Of a stretch of DNA of 64,000 nt, positions 13,382-26,684 are shown one piece after another. A model generated the notes under the pieces. The model did no database searches. It was not told the origin of the DNA and saw nothing but the letters and a program-made list of their open reading frames with translations. The stretch's first letter is position 1. Each line of letters opens with the position of its first letter. The position numbers were made by a program, and so were the translations under genes. Source of the DNA: Trichoplax adhaerens (lineage: Eukaryota > Animalia > Placozoa); contig NW_002060944.1 of assembly GCF_000150275.1 (NCBI RefSeq), forward strand, positions 943,232-1,007,231, written 5' to 3'.

Positions 13382-16300
13382 TTATGATTTACCCCATATC
13401 CAACCCCGTACCAAGCCACCAATACCACCGCTTTTCTTTTGTTCCATACGATGATCCAAAGATGGAAACTCCACGTAATTATTAGCAATGTCAAAGAAAA
13501 GAGGTTTACAAGGGATAGGTTCGAATTGCGGCGGAAATTCAACTAAATTTGGCTTGTCCGTCAATGTCGAAGGATCCGAATAATAAACATCTAATCTTTC
13601 GCTAAGAGGCTATGTGAATAGTAGGCAAAAAGTTTTAATTAGCAAAGTTACCAAGGTACTGTAAAATATCAGGAAAATAAAAATAAGTGCAATTCATATC
13701 GAGGACCAACACACTAATTCATACCTGTTGGCGTAACTGCTCGATCGACTCAATGGTACTTCCTTCTAAATCGTCACCTGGATGGTGATACGCGAATATA
13801 GCATTTCATAATGTTGAGATCATTAATATTCCTTACTTAAGTTAAAATCTTAAATATAATCATTCGTATTAAGTTATTAATCTTGCGCTACCGACGCTTA
13901 CGCAAAAAACTGTACCTGATAGCAATTTTGCATGAGCTACACACTTTTGTCCACGCGCCATAGAAATAAATCGTTCAAGCCGCTGTAAATATAACTAGTG
14001 AGGATAATGGCTTATGATTAGAGATGGTATTAGAGCGATCCTGATTATCAAGTATTTGCATTGACAAGATTTTTACTTGGGATTTCCTTTCTTCGCATTC
14101 CTTGAATCTTTCAATAGCATCACTACACCGAGTTATAGTCTTTTCAAATAATGCCATAGCTTCGTGCCACTTATTAGCAAATACATAGGTCAATCCAACG
14201 TGGTAACACCTATATCCATCCAAAATAAATAAACGTAATTTATAAGATTATTGTTCCAGTTGATATAACTCATAAACTATGCAAAGTAATCACATTCCTA
14301 AAGGCCTTGAATGCCTGCGTTTCTGCCATAATACTCGACGCTAAAGTTTCATCATCTTCAACACCAGCAAGTTGCAATTTGTCTCCTAAAGTCTGAGTTA
14401 GAATATTTAAAGTATGCATACTTAGCAACTGTAGATGAGTATATCTTATCAATCTAATGCAAGATTAAGATAAGAGAAATGTCAATTAATCATTTCCGAA
14501 TTCATAAAGGTAAAATTTTCGCTTTCATTATGGTAGTGCAATACCTGTAATGCAATATCATACAGCCTAACTAAATCGTCTGGTTTAGTCGGTTTATTTT
14601 TCGATTTACTAGAACCAGTACTTTCAGGTAGTTGCATACGCTCTTCCAGAGAATCAGCCATGACAATATTTCTCTCAATCGTTATGCAATATTTAAGGTG
14701 TGAAACGTATGATAAGAGGTCAAGAGCCTGGGATTCCCCTCTAGAATGAAAATTCTTTGCGGATGCCTAAAACGATGATTTCAATATCAGATATGTGCTG
14801 TTGGTTTAGTAGTTTAACTACTATTCTATTCTAAATCTATTAACCTACCGATGCGTCTGATTTTAGCGAATCTTTAAGTATTTGCAAAGCGTCTTTGCAC
14901 TCCATCAAGATACCGTCATAGACATCAATTCTACTGTCATAATCTGTGGCTCTAGCCAATTCTTCCGAAAGACCATGATAACGGAGAACCAAAACACGAA
15001 TTTCTTCAGAGACTATGGGAAGTTTCTTACCAAGCCATATCACTTCGTGAAGGGTAGCCGCTTGTTTTTCTCTTAATTGAGTAATAGTCCGCTGAAATAA
15101 ACAATCAATGATTTCAGAGAAAGTTCATGCTTATGTCAAAGTACTTGCAGCCTTACGTTAATTTTAGCAGCTAATAGATCTGAGCCGCCAGGAGCATTCT
15201 TCAATTGCATTAATTCTTTAACATCAGCACTTGATTCATCTAAATTAAACAGGCAGTAGCGAATATTTGGTGCAACTTCGTTAGCACGCTGACTGTAGGT
15301 TGCAGCTTCACTTTCTATTAAAATTCCAGCCAATTCTTCATAGATTTTTCTAACAATTTCGTTGATTAATTAATTAAGCAATGAGAAGATTACTCCTGTG
15401 CAAGAAAAACTTGATATCGGCGATAAATAAGAACTACTGTACAACATGGATGACACAAAGAATGATTACTCCTATCGGCCAGCAAAATAGTTATTCTTAA
15501 TCGTTAATTTCATTAACATATCTAATTGTCATGTAAAGGGTATAACGTAATGTCCTTGTAATTAATAAATCCTACCAAATTCATATTAAAAGCAAGAACT
15601 ATCATTTCCACTTACTTTGCACGAGAGAAGAGTTCATATGACTTGTCCCATAATTGTAGTTCAAAGTTTAGGTTAGCTGCCATCCATGAGTAATAAGCCT
15701 ACAAGTTTAAAACAGAAAGCTTGACTTTGAATAGTGAACAGGTTATACGAGGGTATGAAAATGCTCCCATAGCGGATTAGTCGCTGTATGTTAAGAATAA
15801 AGAATGTAGATCATCTTCATATTCCTATTTAAGAATCTGAAATGTAGTAATTATAATGATGTATGGCATTGAATATGGCCACTATCAATCGTGATCATGT
15901 ACTGTAATATCGAAAATTATTCAATATGTATTCAATAATACGTCCAATTGAATCATAACTAGGCATGGACAAATTCTTATAAGACCGTTATCCTGAGGAA
16001 TTAATACTGTAGTATCGTTGAGCAGCAAGACACTTCTTTTGATGATGGACGTGAAATCAGTTTACCTGAGCTTCTAGTTTGGTGCGAGCATCGTAGCCTT
16101 CATCATCGCTTAATTCGTGTAACATTTTAGCATAATAAACTGCTTTCTTCATTCGGCGAATCAAATGGAATCTTTTTCGTATTTCAGTATTGGATAACTG
16201 CTTCAACTCCATAGCATAACTCCAGGCGCGTTCGGCACACATTAGCGGCAAGTAAAGGTACCTAATTATACGATGACAGTTCATTGTAGTGAATTGTAGA

Positions 16301-17399
16301 AATGTTACTTTACTATGAGTAGGGCTTTCACACAATATTATAGATAACTACAACGGTGCAGCAATGGTAGTCATCTTTGATCCAATTCAGTCGGTTCGAT
16401 GCGATGATTTTGGTCAACTAGTTACTACATAACGTGGTAATTTGTCAATTGGTCGTTTTACTTTCGGTTAACGACTACTATAAAATGTAGTAAGCTGTCG
16501 TGTGGCAGGAACAATTTTGTACCCGACGATCGTGATTGATGAACAAGTAAAACTATTTAATTTTAGTTGTGACTGAAATTTCAATGCATCCAATCAATAA
16601 TATGCGGTATCCTATCATCCCAACTATGAGCAGAATGTATCGAATATCCTATTGACAACGTTTCCATTTGATCATTTGATATACGCTTGGATATTAGCTT
16701 TCATTCTGTATTGAATAAATGAACGCAGTAGCAGAGCATCATCTTACCGAACGTCTTTGGATGCAATTTCCGTGGTTATTGCCTTCTTCCTAAAATGATG
16801 GCGATTACCATTGACAAAATGTAACGATTTCCTAAGCCTCCGTATTCTTCTACTGCAGTATTGCCTAGATAAAGAGTAAGACATAACCATTATGAATATC
16901 CATTGGTTGTATCCTGGTCGTTGGTGATTATTAAGAACCCATTGAAAGTGGCCATTTTAACAGCCTAGCATAGGTTGCTGCAGTATGATGAATGTACCTG
17001 TATCGTTGGTAATCGCCATGGCGTAAACCGTGCTGATTTTGTGCATTTTTGATGACTAACAAAACTATATAGTATATTAAAAAAGAAAATATATTGGTTA
17101 GCAGTATAATAAATGGACATGCAGTCAACAAAGTGTATCGGCAAGTCATGGAATCATTTCTGTGCCATGCCCTTTCCCTTTGCATTCGCTGACGCTATCA
17201 TGAGTGAACAAGGCTGTCGACTAATTTTGCTGTCTATCGCTTGTTTCTTACTCTTTTACTTTTTTTTATTGAAGTAAAAAGAATGACTAATAAGTAAGCT
17301 ATCCATTTTTAAAGAAGATTAAGCACCTTCCAAAGGAACTTTAATGGCTTCATTGGCCAAATCGTCTTGGTGGGTCTCTTCCTTTCCACCGACAGTCAT
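13382..17399 (-). CDS. SRP68: Signal recognition particle subunit SRP68 (multi-exon)
   Basis: ATG at 17399 (MTVGGKEETHQDDLANEAIKVPLE), then hallmark motifs [60 protein letters not shown] and the C-terminal PIPCKPLFFDIA...GWIWGKS*. Confidence 0.97.
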
Positions 17400-17450
17400 G
17401 ATGGATGTCGCTTTCACGTTGAAACGGAATGGTTTGGTAGAAAGCGAGTT

Positions 17451-18372
17451 GTACTATACTGTCCTTACTGCGCAGTCGCTGGAGTACAGTACACAGTAAG
17501 AAGTGTACTATACTGTAGACTGTACTGTTACACTGTGGGGTACAGTACAGTACAGTTGTACAGTACAGTACAGCACAGTACTGTACAGTACAGCACAGTA
17601 CTGTACACTGTACAGTACAGTACAGTGTACAGGAGAGTAAAGTACTGTAGACTCCAGTGTAAAGTACTGTACACTGGACTCCTGTACAGATATTCGAACA
17701 TGCGCATGCTCTAGCATTGAGATGACGATATCAGCACAAATTAGATTAACAGCTTTAGTATGAGGAAAAAAGAGTGTCCCAAAATGTGGACCCATTTTTC
17801 ATACAAAGCCAAATAAAATGTGTCCAGACTTTCCGGACGCCCTCAGTACAGTACAGTACAGTACAGTTATACACTGTACAGTACAGTATAATATACTGTA
17901 CAGTGGGGTGGTCTACAGTACTGTACTGTTCGGTACTACAGTATATTGTACTTGTAAAGTTCCCTCCATGTGCTTCTCTATCAAAACCCTTCCAATTCAA
18001 CGTACTGTATCATGGTGCTGCCTACTTCAGTCTGTCAATAAACTGGAAATAGGCACAGCAGGTACGAGAGATGTTGCTTACTCTGATCTCATTTGTAATA
18101 GTGACGTATAAAAATGAGCTGTATAAATCAATACTCTACTGTATCTACCCCAACTTGGATGGTTCACCAACTGCATGATCAGATTTGACAGTGACTTCTA
18201 CAAAACTGTACAGTATACAGTACAGTACTGTACTGTACTGTACTATACTGTACAGTACGAAGCCGTACAGTATAGTGTACAGTACAGTAGTACTGTACTA
18301 GAGGAGCCAGAATGGACCTGAGACCCGCTCCGAGCACCGTGACACTTTTGTACTGTACAGTACTGTACTATA
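17451..18372. repeat. Mixed-orientation TACAG/TACTG pentamer tracts (about 17451-17690, 17843-17952, 18205-18372)
   Basis: Runs such as tacagtacagtacagcacagtactgtacagtacagcacagtactgtacactgtacagtacagtacagtgtacag are directly visible. They explain the YSTVQ/CTVLY ORFs in the track. Confidence 0.95.
17771..17847. mobile_element. Small imperfect inverted repeat, possible MITE remnant with Tc1/mariner-like ends
   Basis: Left arm gagtgtcccaaaatgtggacccatttt pairs imperfectly with right arm aaaatgtgtccagactttccggacgccctcagta, with a ~16-bp loop. The right end abuts TA. Confidence 0.45.
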
Positions 18373-19060
18373 GTGGAGGAGAAACGCGAACCTCTCCTTC
18401 TCTTGCAGTCATGGACTTACGGACTACGGACCCGTGGTAGAGCCTGTGCCCTACTGTACGGTACTGGAATGTGGAGAACAAAGGCGAAGTCGCGAACCTC
18501 TCCTTCTAGCGCAGTCACGGACTAACGGACTACGGACCCTGGGTAGAGCCTGTGCTATCACTTTACTGGAGAAGTACAGTACAGTACTGTACTGTACTGT
18601 ACTGTGCTGGAGAAGGCCGAACCTCGGCCTGGATCGCAGTCATGGACTGATGGACGTATAGTACTGGAATGTGGAGAACAAACGCCAACCTCTCCTTCTC
18701 TTGCAGTCATGGACTTACGGACTACGGACCCTTGGTAGAGCCTGTGCCCTATGGTACAGTATTGTGCTGGAATGTGCAGAACAAAGACGAACCTCTTCTT
18801 CTAGCGTAGTCACGGACTTACGGACTACGGACCCTGGATAGAGCCTGTACCCTACAGTACTGTACTGTACAGTACTGTACTGGAATGTGGAGAACAAAGG
18901 CGAACCTCTTCTTCTAGCGGTTCTAGCGCAGTCACGGACTTACGGACTACGGACCCTGGGTAGAGCCTGTGCTATCACTTTACTGGAGAAGGCGAACCTC
19001 TGCCGCGATCGCAGTCATGGACTTATGGACGACGGACCTTGGGCATAGACTCTGCTACAG
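18372..19060. repeat. GC-richer ~100-bp minisatellite, about 7 units with higher-order structure
   Basis: Unit ggaatgtggagaacaaaggcgaacctctccttctagcgcagtcacggacttacggactacggaccctgggtagagcctgtg starts near 18372, 18461, 18661, 18765 and 18877; shorter variant units near 18606 and 18981. Confidence 0.92.
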
Positions 19061-19470
19061 GCCTTCAGGGCACCGTCCAGTACTGAGTGTTCAACACCGA
19101 CTTGTACACAAGGGGTCGATAAAAAAGGTCTCCCACTGCCCCACCCTACTCTCCTATACTGACAAATAGAGGACGCAGTCCTGTCCCAGCGTCGATCAAG
19201 GCAATACTGCAAGAAGTGAAGAATCTTGATCAACTGCCATCATTAATTGAATGATCAATAATATCCACTTGCTACTTTGCAAAAGGGATATCTCTCCTTT
19301 GACGACCTTCAATCAACGCTATTGCCGTCTAGGATTGACTCCAATCTCCACAGTCACTTTTTCATACCAGCTTAGTCTACAAATAGAGTTGACCGATTGT
19401 TACATATAGTATTGGTAGTGCGCTTGTTGGAAGTGAAACACTCCCCACCCCCACGGTTTAGCCAAACACC

Positions 19471-22400
19471 ATGAAGAAACAGTTTATGAGAGCTAAACAA
19501 ATTGCTAATCAAAGCATTGGAAGGTAAATGGATAGTGTAAGATAATCTTGAATAGAGCTTTATTCATTGATCAGTGGTTATCGCCTAATGGTACGGCTGT
19601 ATCATTTCATGCAAAAGGAGAAGGAGGGATGGATCAACATGATACTACAAACTTGACCTTGTGTATCTTTTCTCATCTGTACTGTATCTTGACAACGATT
19701 GCTATGCACTCTCTTAATGGATTAAATGGTAGCATCCTTCCGTTACCGTAGTCATCAAATCGTTCAATATTCCTCTATTCATTCATTGATAGTCATAACC
19801 ATCTCTATACAGTTGTAGAAAAGAGATGCTCTCGCTTGATCAGTTTCCTTGTTTGCAAGCACTAAACCATCAACAGCAACATGATGGTCAAGGGGATAAT
19901 TCAATCGATCCAAACATCATGCCATGTACATTGTACAATTGGTGTAGCTTAGACACTATCTAAATATCTATACTTTGACCATCAACAGCAATATGATGGT
20001 CAAGGCGATAATTCAATACATGATCATCGATCAATGGATCCAAACATCATGCCATGTACAATTTGTGTAGCTTAGACTTTATGTAAATATCGATACTTTG
20101 TAATGGTGTAAGTAAAGTAATATGCGTAATATTTATAGGTGCGATAGATGAAGTTTATATCAATTCAATTAGATACATTATCCCCATAATAATACAACTA
20201 TTATTATAATTGTGCATATTATTTCCTCTTAAGAGCCTAATTTGCTGTTAACAATACAACTGGCCAGTGATTGGAACTGGTTTTCTGATGGCTATACGAG
20301 AAATGCAGATGCACCTGATTCATGCATTCATAGCTCTTCGATACAAAGGCCAACGATCCCTTGAATAGTTCTTAATAATATTAACTTAATTTTCTGTTTA
20401 ACTTAGAGCTACAGTTCTGTTGCACTACTAATTTCTTTTATATCCAACATAGATATCAAATTTCACAATAATGCTATCATCTCATGTCTATACTCTATAA
20501 TAGTCTCACGATATTGTCTAATGAAATACGAGTACGTTCTTGGACATTAGTTTATCTATCTATCTATCTAATCTGAATGCCAATCAATCTATATTGCTAG
20601 TATTGTACGTATAATAGAGGTTATCAATTAATTATTTTTCATATAGCACTAGGCACTAATGATGCAATGCATGAGAAACTGACGTTAATCTGATGACTAG
20701 AGAAACTTTGTCCAAAGTTTTTGACTAAAATAACAATCATTTCTTATCTTATTAGGGCAGAGAAAACAGAAATCTCAGATAAACTACAACAGGTTCGTAT
20801 CAGGCACTTCTAAGAAGTTCCCGTATAAAAAATTATAGTAGTAGATAGTAGACACTGTACGCTTGAAGGACAGATTATAACTTACTGATAATTATCATTC
20901 AATGAACTACAGTAAAGCATTATCATACGAAGATGCGACATGTTTCAAAATATTATTCTAACGTTATGTAGTAATCTAGTCGACTCTATAAAATACAGGA
21001 TTCAACTGACTGTTTTGTTTATCTGCTAACTAATTGAACCAAATTGCCTTTTCTTTATCCATTTTAATAAATATAAGATGTCATTTGTTTGAAAAATTAT
21101 TATGACGTTAATAGATTGAAAAGAAATCGGAAGCAGCTAAAAAGTCATTATCGACTGTAGTTAAGGTCTTCGTACCTTATATTAACGGTACCGGAGTTGA
21201 TAAAGAGAAACGACTAGTAAGTAATGCTGATTACACAAATTATCTTCCATCAGGCTTAAGAGAATGTACTGTTATAATTTTACTATAAATAATAGGATCA
21301 ATGTAATACTTATTTGCACAATCTTTTTCTGCCTGTCTATACAAAATTGTAGCGAAAGAATCATGCAAGTCATTTAGGTCAAAGTTTACAGGATTGCACT
21401 GCAAATCTTCCCAGCGATAGCGTCCTAAAGTAAAAATCTGTCGTCTTAATAATCGCTTTAATTACCTTAATGAAATATACTCTATAGCTTTGAAAGTAGC
21501 TGATCAATAGCTGATACTAAAGATATAAGTAGATCTAATAGTTAGTGTAAGTTAAAAGTAGCTATCAATATCTTCAGAGAATCATCAATAATACTTCTCA
21601 ATATCAAGCAAGGATATTAAATTAATGTTGGAGACTAAATTTTACTATACCTCTACAATGACATTTAAAGAGCTTCGTAAACTGTATTAAAAGGCTAAAG
21701 TGAAGATTATTATTTTATATGCTTGATTATAGCAATAGTTTGCTGTCTCAGTTGAATAGACCAGAAATTCTGTTACACTACAGTGTGGATATCATAAATA
21801 ATCTATAATCTATGGCCATAATTTCATACCTGGTAATTTATTATAGACAATTCCTTAAGCCTAATAATCATTTTCGATCGATATATTGTAGGAGTGTTGT
21901 CATGGATTTAGGTACTGCTTTAAATGAAGTAGGAAAACTACAAGTGAATGCCGAAGCAAATATAGATGAAGATGTAGTCATTCCTATCAGTAACGTATTA
22001 GAGGTATAAAATCTTCACTGATATAATACTTAGGGATAATGAAATATGCAAAAGTTTTATTTCATAAGTCACAGTTGTACACAATGAGTAATAGTATATA
22101 GTAAATATCATAGGCGTTACTATTCCATTCTAAAATGGAATCATACCATATTCACTGCATGAAGTTTCTAGTTACCTATGAAATGTGAGCAAGTGCACAA
22201 TATAAGACAATGACCGGACACATTATATGCAACAAGATTGATAGTATTAAATCACCTAATTCGCATAAATTACATTAAATTTCTATCAGTTTGGTGTACG
22301 ACATATTATTGATTACAACACTTTTTCCGACTACATATTATGGTCGTAAGAAATGATAGCATTCTATTGATTAATCTTCGAAATAGCAATTAAAATAGTA

Positions 22401-25302
22401 AAAATCGAACGATCTATTTCAATCTGTCAACGTAGGGTAATAATTAATCTACATTCTTCTCTTAAACTTGTTTAAAATTGAAACTATTCTAAATTCATGA
22501 TTATAGATTGGCAGCATTAGTATGGTTATTAATAAATTTCTTAATATTCTATTTTTAACAAATTAACATGAAATCCTACTTATTATCTTGGCACCTACTT
22601 ATGAAGAATGATGGCGCTGCCAAAGCCAAAAAACGATTATCCGGTGCTAGACTAGATATGGACTCAGCTAAATCGAGGTAACTCTTTCTTTCTTACACTA
22701 TGCAAACTGCTGGTAGTTTGAAAATGTGAATTAAAAGAATTATTACAACAATAATTAGTGAACGTAATTTGTTTATTCATGCATTATGATATTACAGATT
22801 AATCGCATTTAGTGAAAATGTATTTTGTACTTTTCTTCACAATGTTTTATTCATTAGACTAAACAAGGAAAAGGAACGCAGCAGTGGTAGTGTCAATATG
22901 GTCAAGTTAAAGACGTTAAATGATGAATACGAAAATAATGAAAAAATATTTAACCAAGCGCAAGTAAGTCCTATAAGTACAAGAAATTACATTCTTTTTG
23001 ATTTCATCTTTAGCTTTACTTCATTACCTGTACTTAAGTAACTGATCAGTAAAGTAGTGGCTATACAGGTATAAAATTCAGTGAAGAAATTATGCTTGAT
23101 TTTATTCAGCTAAGCGACATGATTCGTTTCACAATATCGGAAATTCAGATTTTACCATAACCCCTAGTACTATGCATCATTTCGTTGATACGTATTAGTT
23201 AATAATAAATAATATACATGATAGGTTCTGCAAGTCTAAATTGATTCGTGATTGAGACTAATTGTACTGTATCACAGCTTAGCTATTTGTAGATTTCGTA
23301 TTCTCCTTGTGATCGTTAATTACTAACCTATCGTGGTATTGATAGCATTTATTGATAGCATTCGTAAGCTCAATCAAGTATACCTGAAAGCGTCTCATTT
23401 ACTCCAGCTGACATCATGTCAACTAATTATCATTTAAATTTATTTCATAGGATGGCCTAGCTATCGAACATTTGCAATTTCTCTCCAATGAAACTATGGT
23501 AGCCTCATCCGTTTTAAACGTAAATACGTATATGTTTATTAATAATTCTGTTAAATTTAATAATTTCAGCACTATTTACTAAGACTGCTATCGCACATGA
23601 CTAAAATTCATGTAGATTTAAAAATCTAACGGGGACAATCGTTATTAATAGTCTTCAGTAATTTGTCGTTTAGGAGATTATGGCATTATTCACTGTTACT
23701 TATATAGCATATATTATTTTTATTATCCATTCTTGTAGTTTGTGGACCATCAAATGCTGTACCTTAAAGAAGCAATTGCTGTTTACGAAGCATTTAGGCC
23801 ATCCATACAAAAATCGATTGGTAATTTAATAGTTCTGATTGTGGTCTTAGTCTAACTGCTATATTGTGCCTATTGCTTTTACCGAATACTTTTATAATGG
23901 TTTACTTTTTTGATATTGTAGAACAATCCCCTCGAAAAAAAGTATTTGGCGTCACGTTAACAGAACATTTGCAAACGTTCAAGCGTGAAATTGCAGTGGT
24001 ATTGGAAGAGTGTATAAAGTATATTACCGAGAATGCAATGGAAACTGAAGTACGTAAGTTGTTATTCTAAGAAGCTCGATATTCATCAAAATTAATTGTG
24101 AATGGTTTGCCAATGTTACTAGGGTTTATTCCGAATTACCGGAAGTGCTTCTCAAATGAAATTGCTTCGGGTATCTGATTGAACTTTTGTTGTATTAATT
24201 ACTTTATTTGTGTCACGAATTTGCCCTATGATGGAGCTTAGTGTCTTGTTTAAATGGAAGGCATATATTATCAAGACGTCAACTCAACAGTCAATAAATG
24301 TAACCTTTATTATACAGGCTGCTTATGATGGAGTTGGTTCTATTGAGAGCATCCTTGACGAAAGGGATTTTATTCCTGGAATTCATTCTATTGCAGGTAG
24401 ATAAAATAATGTCATCATCAAGCAAAATAGTTAAATTAACATTTATCGCAAGCATAATAGGTACCTTCTAATGTATAATTGTTATGTATACAATTTACCG
24501 AAGGTACACTAAAGCAGTATTTGAGAGAGTTACCTGAACCATTGATGACTCATGAATTCTATGACGAATGGATAGATGCTGCCAAGTATAGTATAGTAGC
24601 TTGCTATAATAAAGCGTTATATATGTATCCATATTTAACTCGCTGTAGTACATATTTGTATTATCGTATATGACGATAGTCCTTGTCTTTGATCTAATTA
24701 TTATACTATCACGTAAATACCACCAGGATCACTGATCCCCAGGAGCGCTTGCAGGAGTTGTGGAGGGTAAATAGAAGCCTTCCGAAAGAAAATTATGAAA
24801 ATCTAAAGTGAGAATATTTTAAATTATCAGTTCCGGCATAAAATTTAGACTTTATTTCCTGCTGTTTATATTTTGATTCATACTCTTCTTATAACTATCA
24901 ATGAAATTGTCTCACGACCGCTTGATAAAATCATTTTTATGGCTCTATTCAGATTTTTGATAACATTCCTAGCCACCTTAGCAGAGAATGCGGAAATCAA
25001 TAAAATGAGCAGTAGCAATCTTGCTTTAGTTATGGCACCAAATTTACTACAATCTTCACTACAAGGCTTAGAGAGTCCAACGTAAGACATTAATGCATTA
25101 CTAGCTGTATACTAACTAGGTTATTGCAAAAATATTTATGTAAAATCTATCAATTATTGCTATAAAATGTAAGTATTCCGTTATATCATAATATGACTAC
25201 CTACTGTTTCCTAGGAGTCAAGTACATTTCAATGAAATTACATCTGCCGTACAAAGTTTAATCGATCACTGTGAATGGTTTTTTCAGGAAGACTGCGTTT
25301 AA
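19471..25302 (+). CDS. ARHGAP17: BAR + RhoGAP domain protein, ARHGAP17/ARHGAP44/SH3BP1 (RICH/Nadrin) family
   Basis: N-terminus MKKQFMRAKQIANQSIG|RAEKTE matches the family start MKKQFNRMKQLANQTVGRAEKTE. BAR motif KAKKRLSGARLDMDSAKSR; GAP motifs VFGVTLTEHL, GLFRITGS (arginine finger), LKQYLRELPEPL, NKMSSSNLALVMAPNLL; ends LIDHCEWFFQEDCV* at 25302. Probably co-orthologous to the three vertebrate genes. Confidence 0.93.
19866..20098. repeat. Tandem duplication (~115 bp) in intron 1 of the RhoGAP gene
   Basis: accatcaacagcaa..atgatggtcaagg...atactttg occurs twice, at about 19866 and 19978. Confidence 0.85.
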
Positions 25303-26684
25303 TGTTTTGTATGTGTAAACTATGCTGATATTGAATTGTGTCTATCGAGGCATTCTTTACAAAATTTCGCCTATTTTTTATGCGCTGATGGTAGTGTGCA
25401 TTTGAATAAGATAATGCAATTTATTATTATTATTATTACTTAAGAACTATTACGAACTATAATTATCATTTAGACTCGAAATATTAACTGAACTTACTAT
25501 ATGCAGCTATCCAATATTACGCAGCAAAACTAGTGATGCGGAGTTGATTTGCTATATTACTGTTATTCAATATTAAGTCATTTTTTACAGAATTATTGCA
25601 ATCATCTTCTAATAGCTTCATAATTCAAAAGCATTGGATTATGGCATGCAGATATAGCCAATTATCGCCTATAATTAAAACCAGTACAACGTAGAATATT
25701 CTGCTGCATGATTTACTGACACTCAGTATGTATATCTCATTGACCCAGATTAGCTGTTTTTACGTTATTGATATCATGTCTTTAGCCATATTGCAAGAAC
25801 ATAAGAATCTTTTGTGACGAAAACATTATATGACGTTGTCCTAGCAGGATGACTTACTTCAGACATTGTATGATAAGCTGTTGAAAGCAGCATTTTACTC
25901 AGTTTTCTATTATTTCAATTCGAGATAGGTACACATTTTTCTCCGTTCTAGCGTAAGGTTGCTTTGCTGATTGGCTTACGTACATCATAGCGCTATACTT
26001 GTATTTGTATTTTACCCAATTGTACTTCAGTTTTGTAATAGAGCTATTGGTAACTTGTAGCGATAAGTGATCACTGTATGATAAAATTCGTAATCTTTAT
26101 TCTATTAAAAGTAAAGATTTTGTAACTCGAATGGTATTTAATTTCGTAGTGGCAGAGTAAGAGATAATATCATTACCATGCTGGAATAAATAACTACTTT
26201 CAATTATGACACTAGGCTAATTAAATTGATATCTTAGCAATAAAACTTAATCGTTGATTAGACATTCTCCTACAAATACTACCCTACTACGCATGAAGGG
26301 GCAGCATTTGAATGCCTTAGCACTAGTTTATCGTCCCAGAAACAGTCGCTTTATTTTAGACACTATCATATCTTTCTAATTAAGGAAGATCTAAAGTATA
26401 TAACATCTTTAGCTAAAGTAATTTCAGTAGTGTAAATGCTAAGCTTTTAATGAAACGCAATCTATGACCCTCAACAACCACCAAATCAATACAAGTAACA
26501 GACTCCATAACTGTCAGATATAAAATTTAATACGTGCACATATACGTGTAGTGTCCCAAACTTGTTTACTATTGGAAATACTAACTTTAAAACGTAAATT
26601 ATAATGTATGTTTGCTTTAATCCGGCTTATATATGTTTATTATTTATTATTATTATTTACAATTTCTAATATTGTTATACTCAG

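Noticed and set aside
18372-19060. CRISPR-like repeat-spacer array, or a hammerhead ribozyme array
   Set aside because: Spacers are low-complexity pentamers, the context is eukaryotic with no cas genes, and no CUGAnGA...GAAA core was found.
17367-19233. Multiple ORFs rich in YSTVQ/CTVLY or repeated RTTDP/GLRTLG peptides
   Set aside because: They are translations of the pentamer tracts and the minisatellite; no splice structure or homology supports them.
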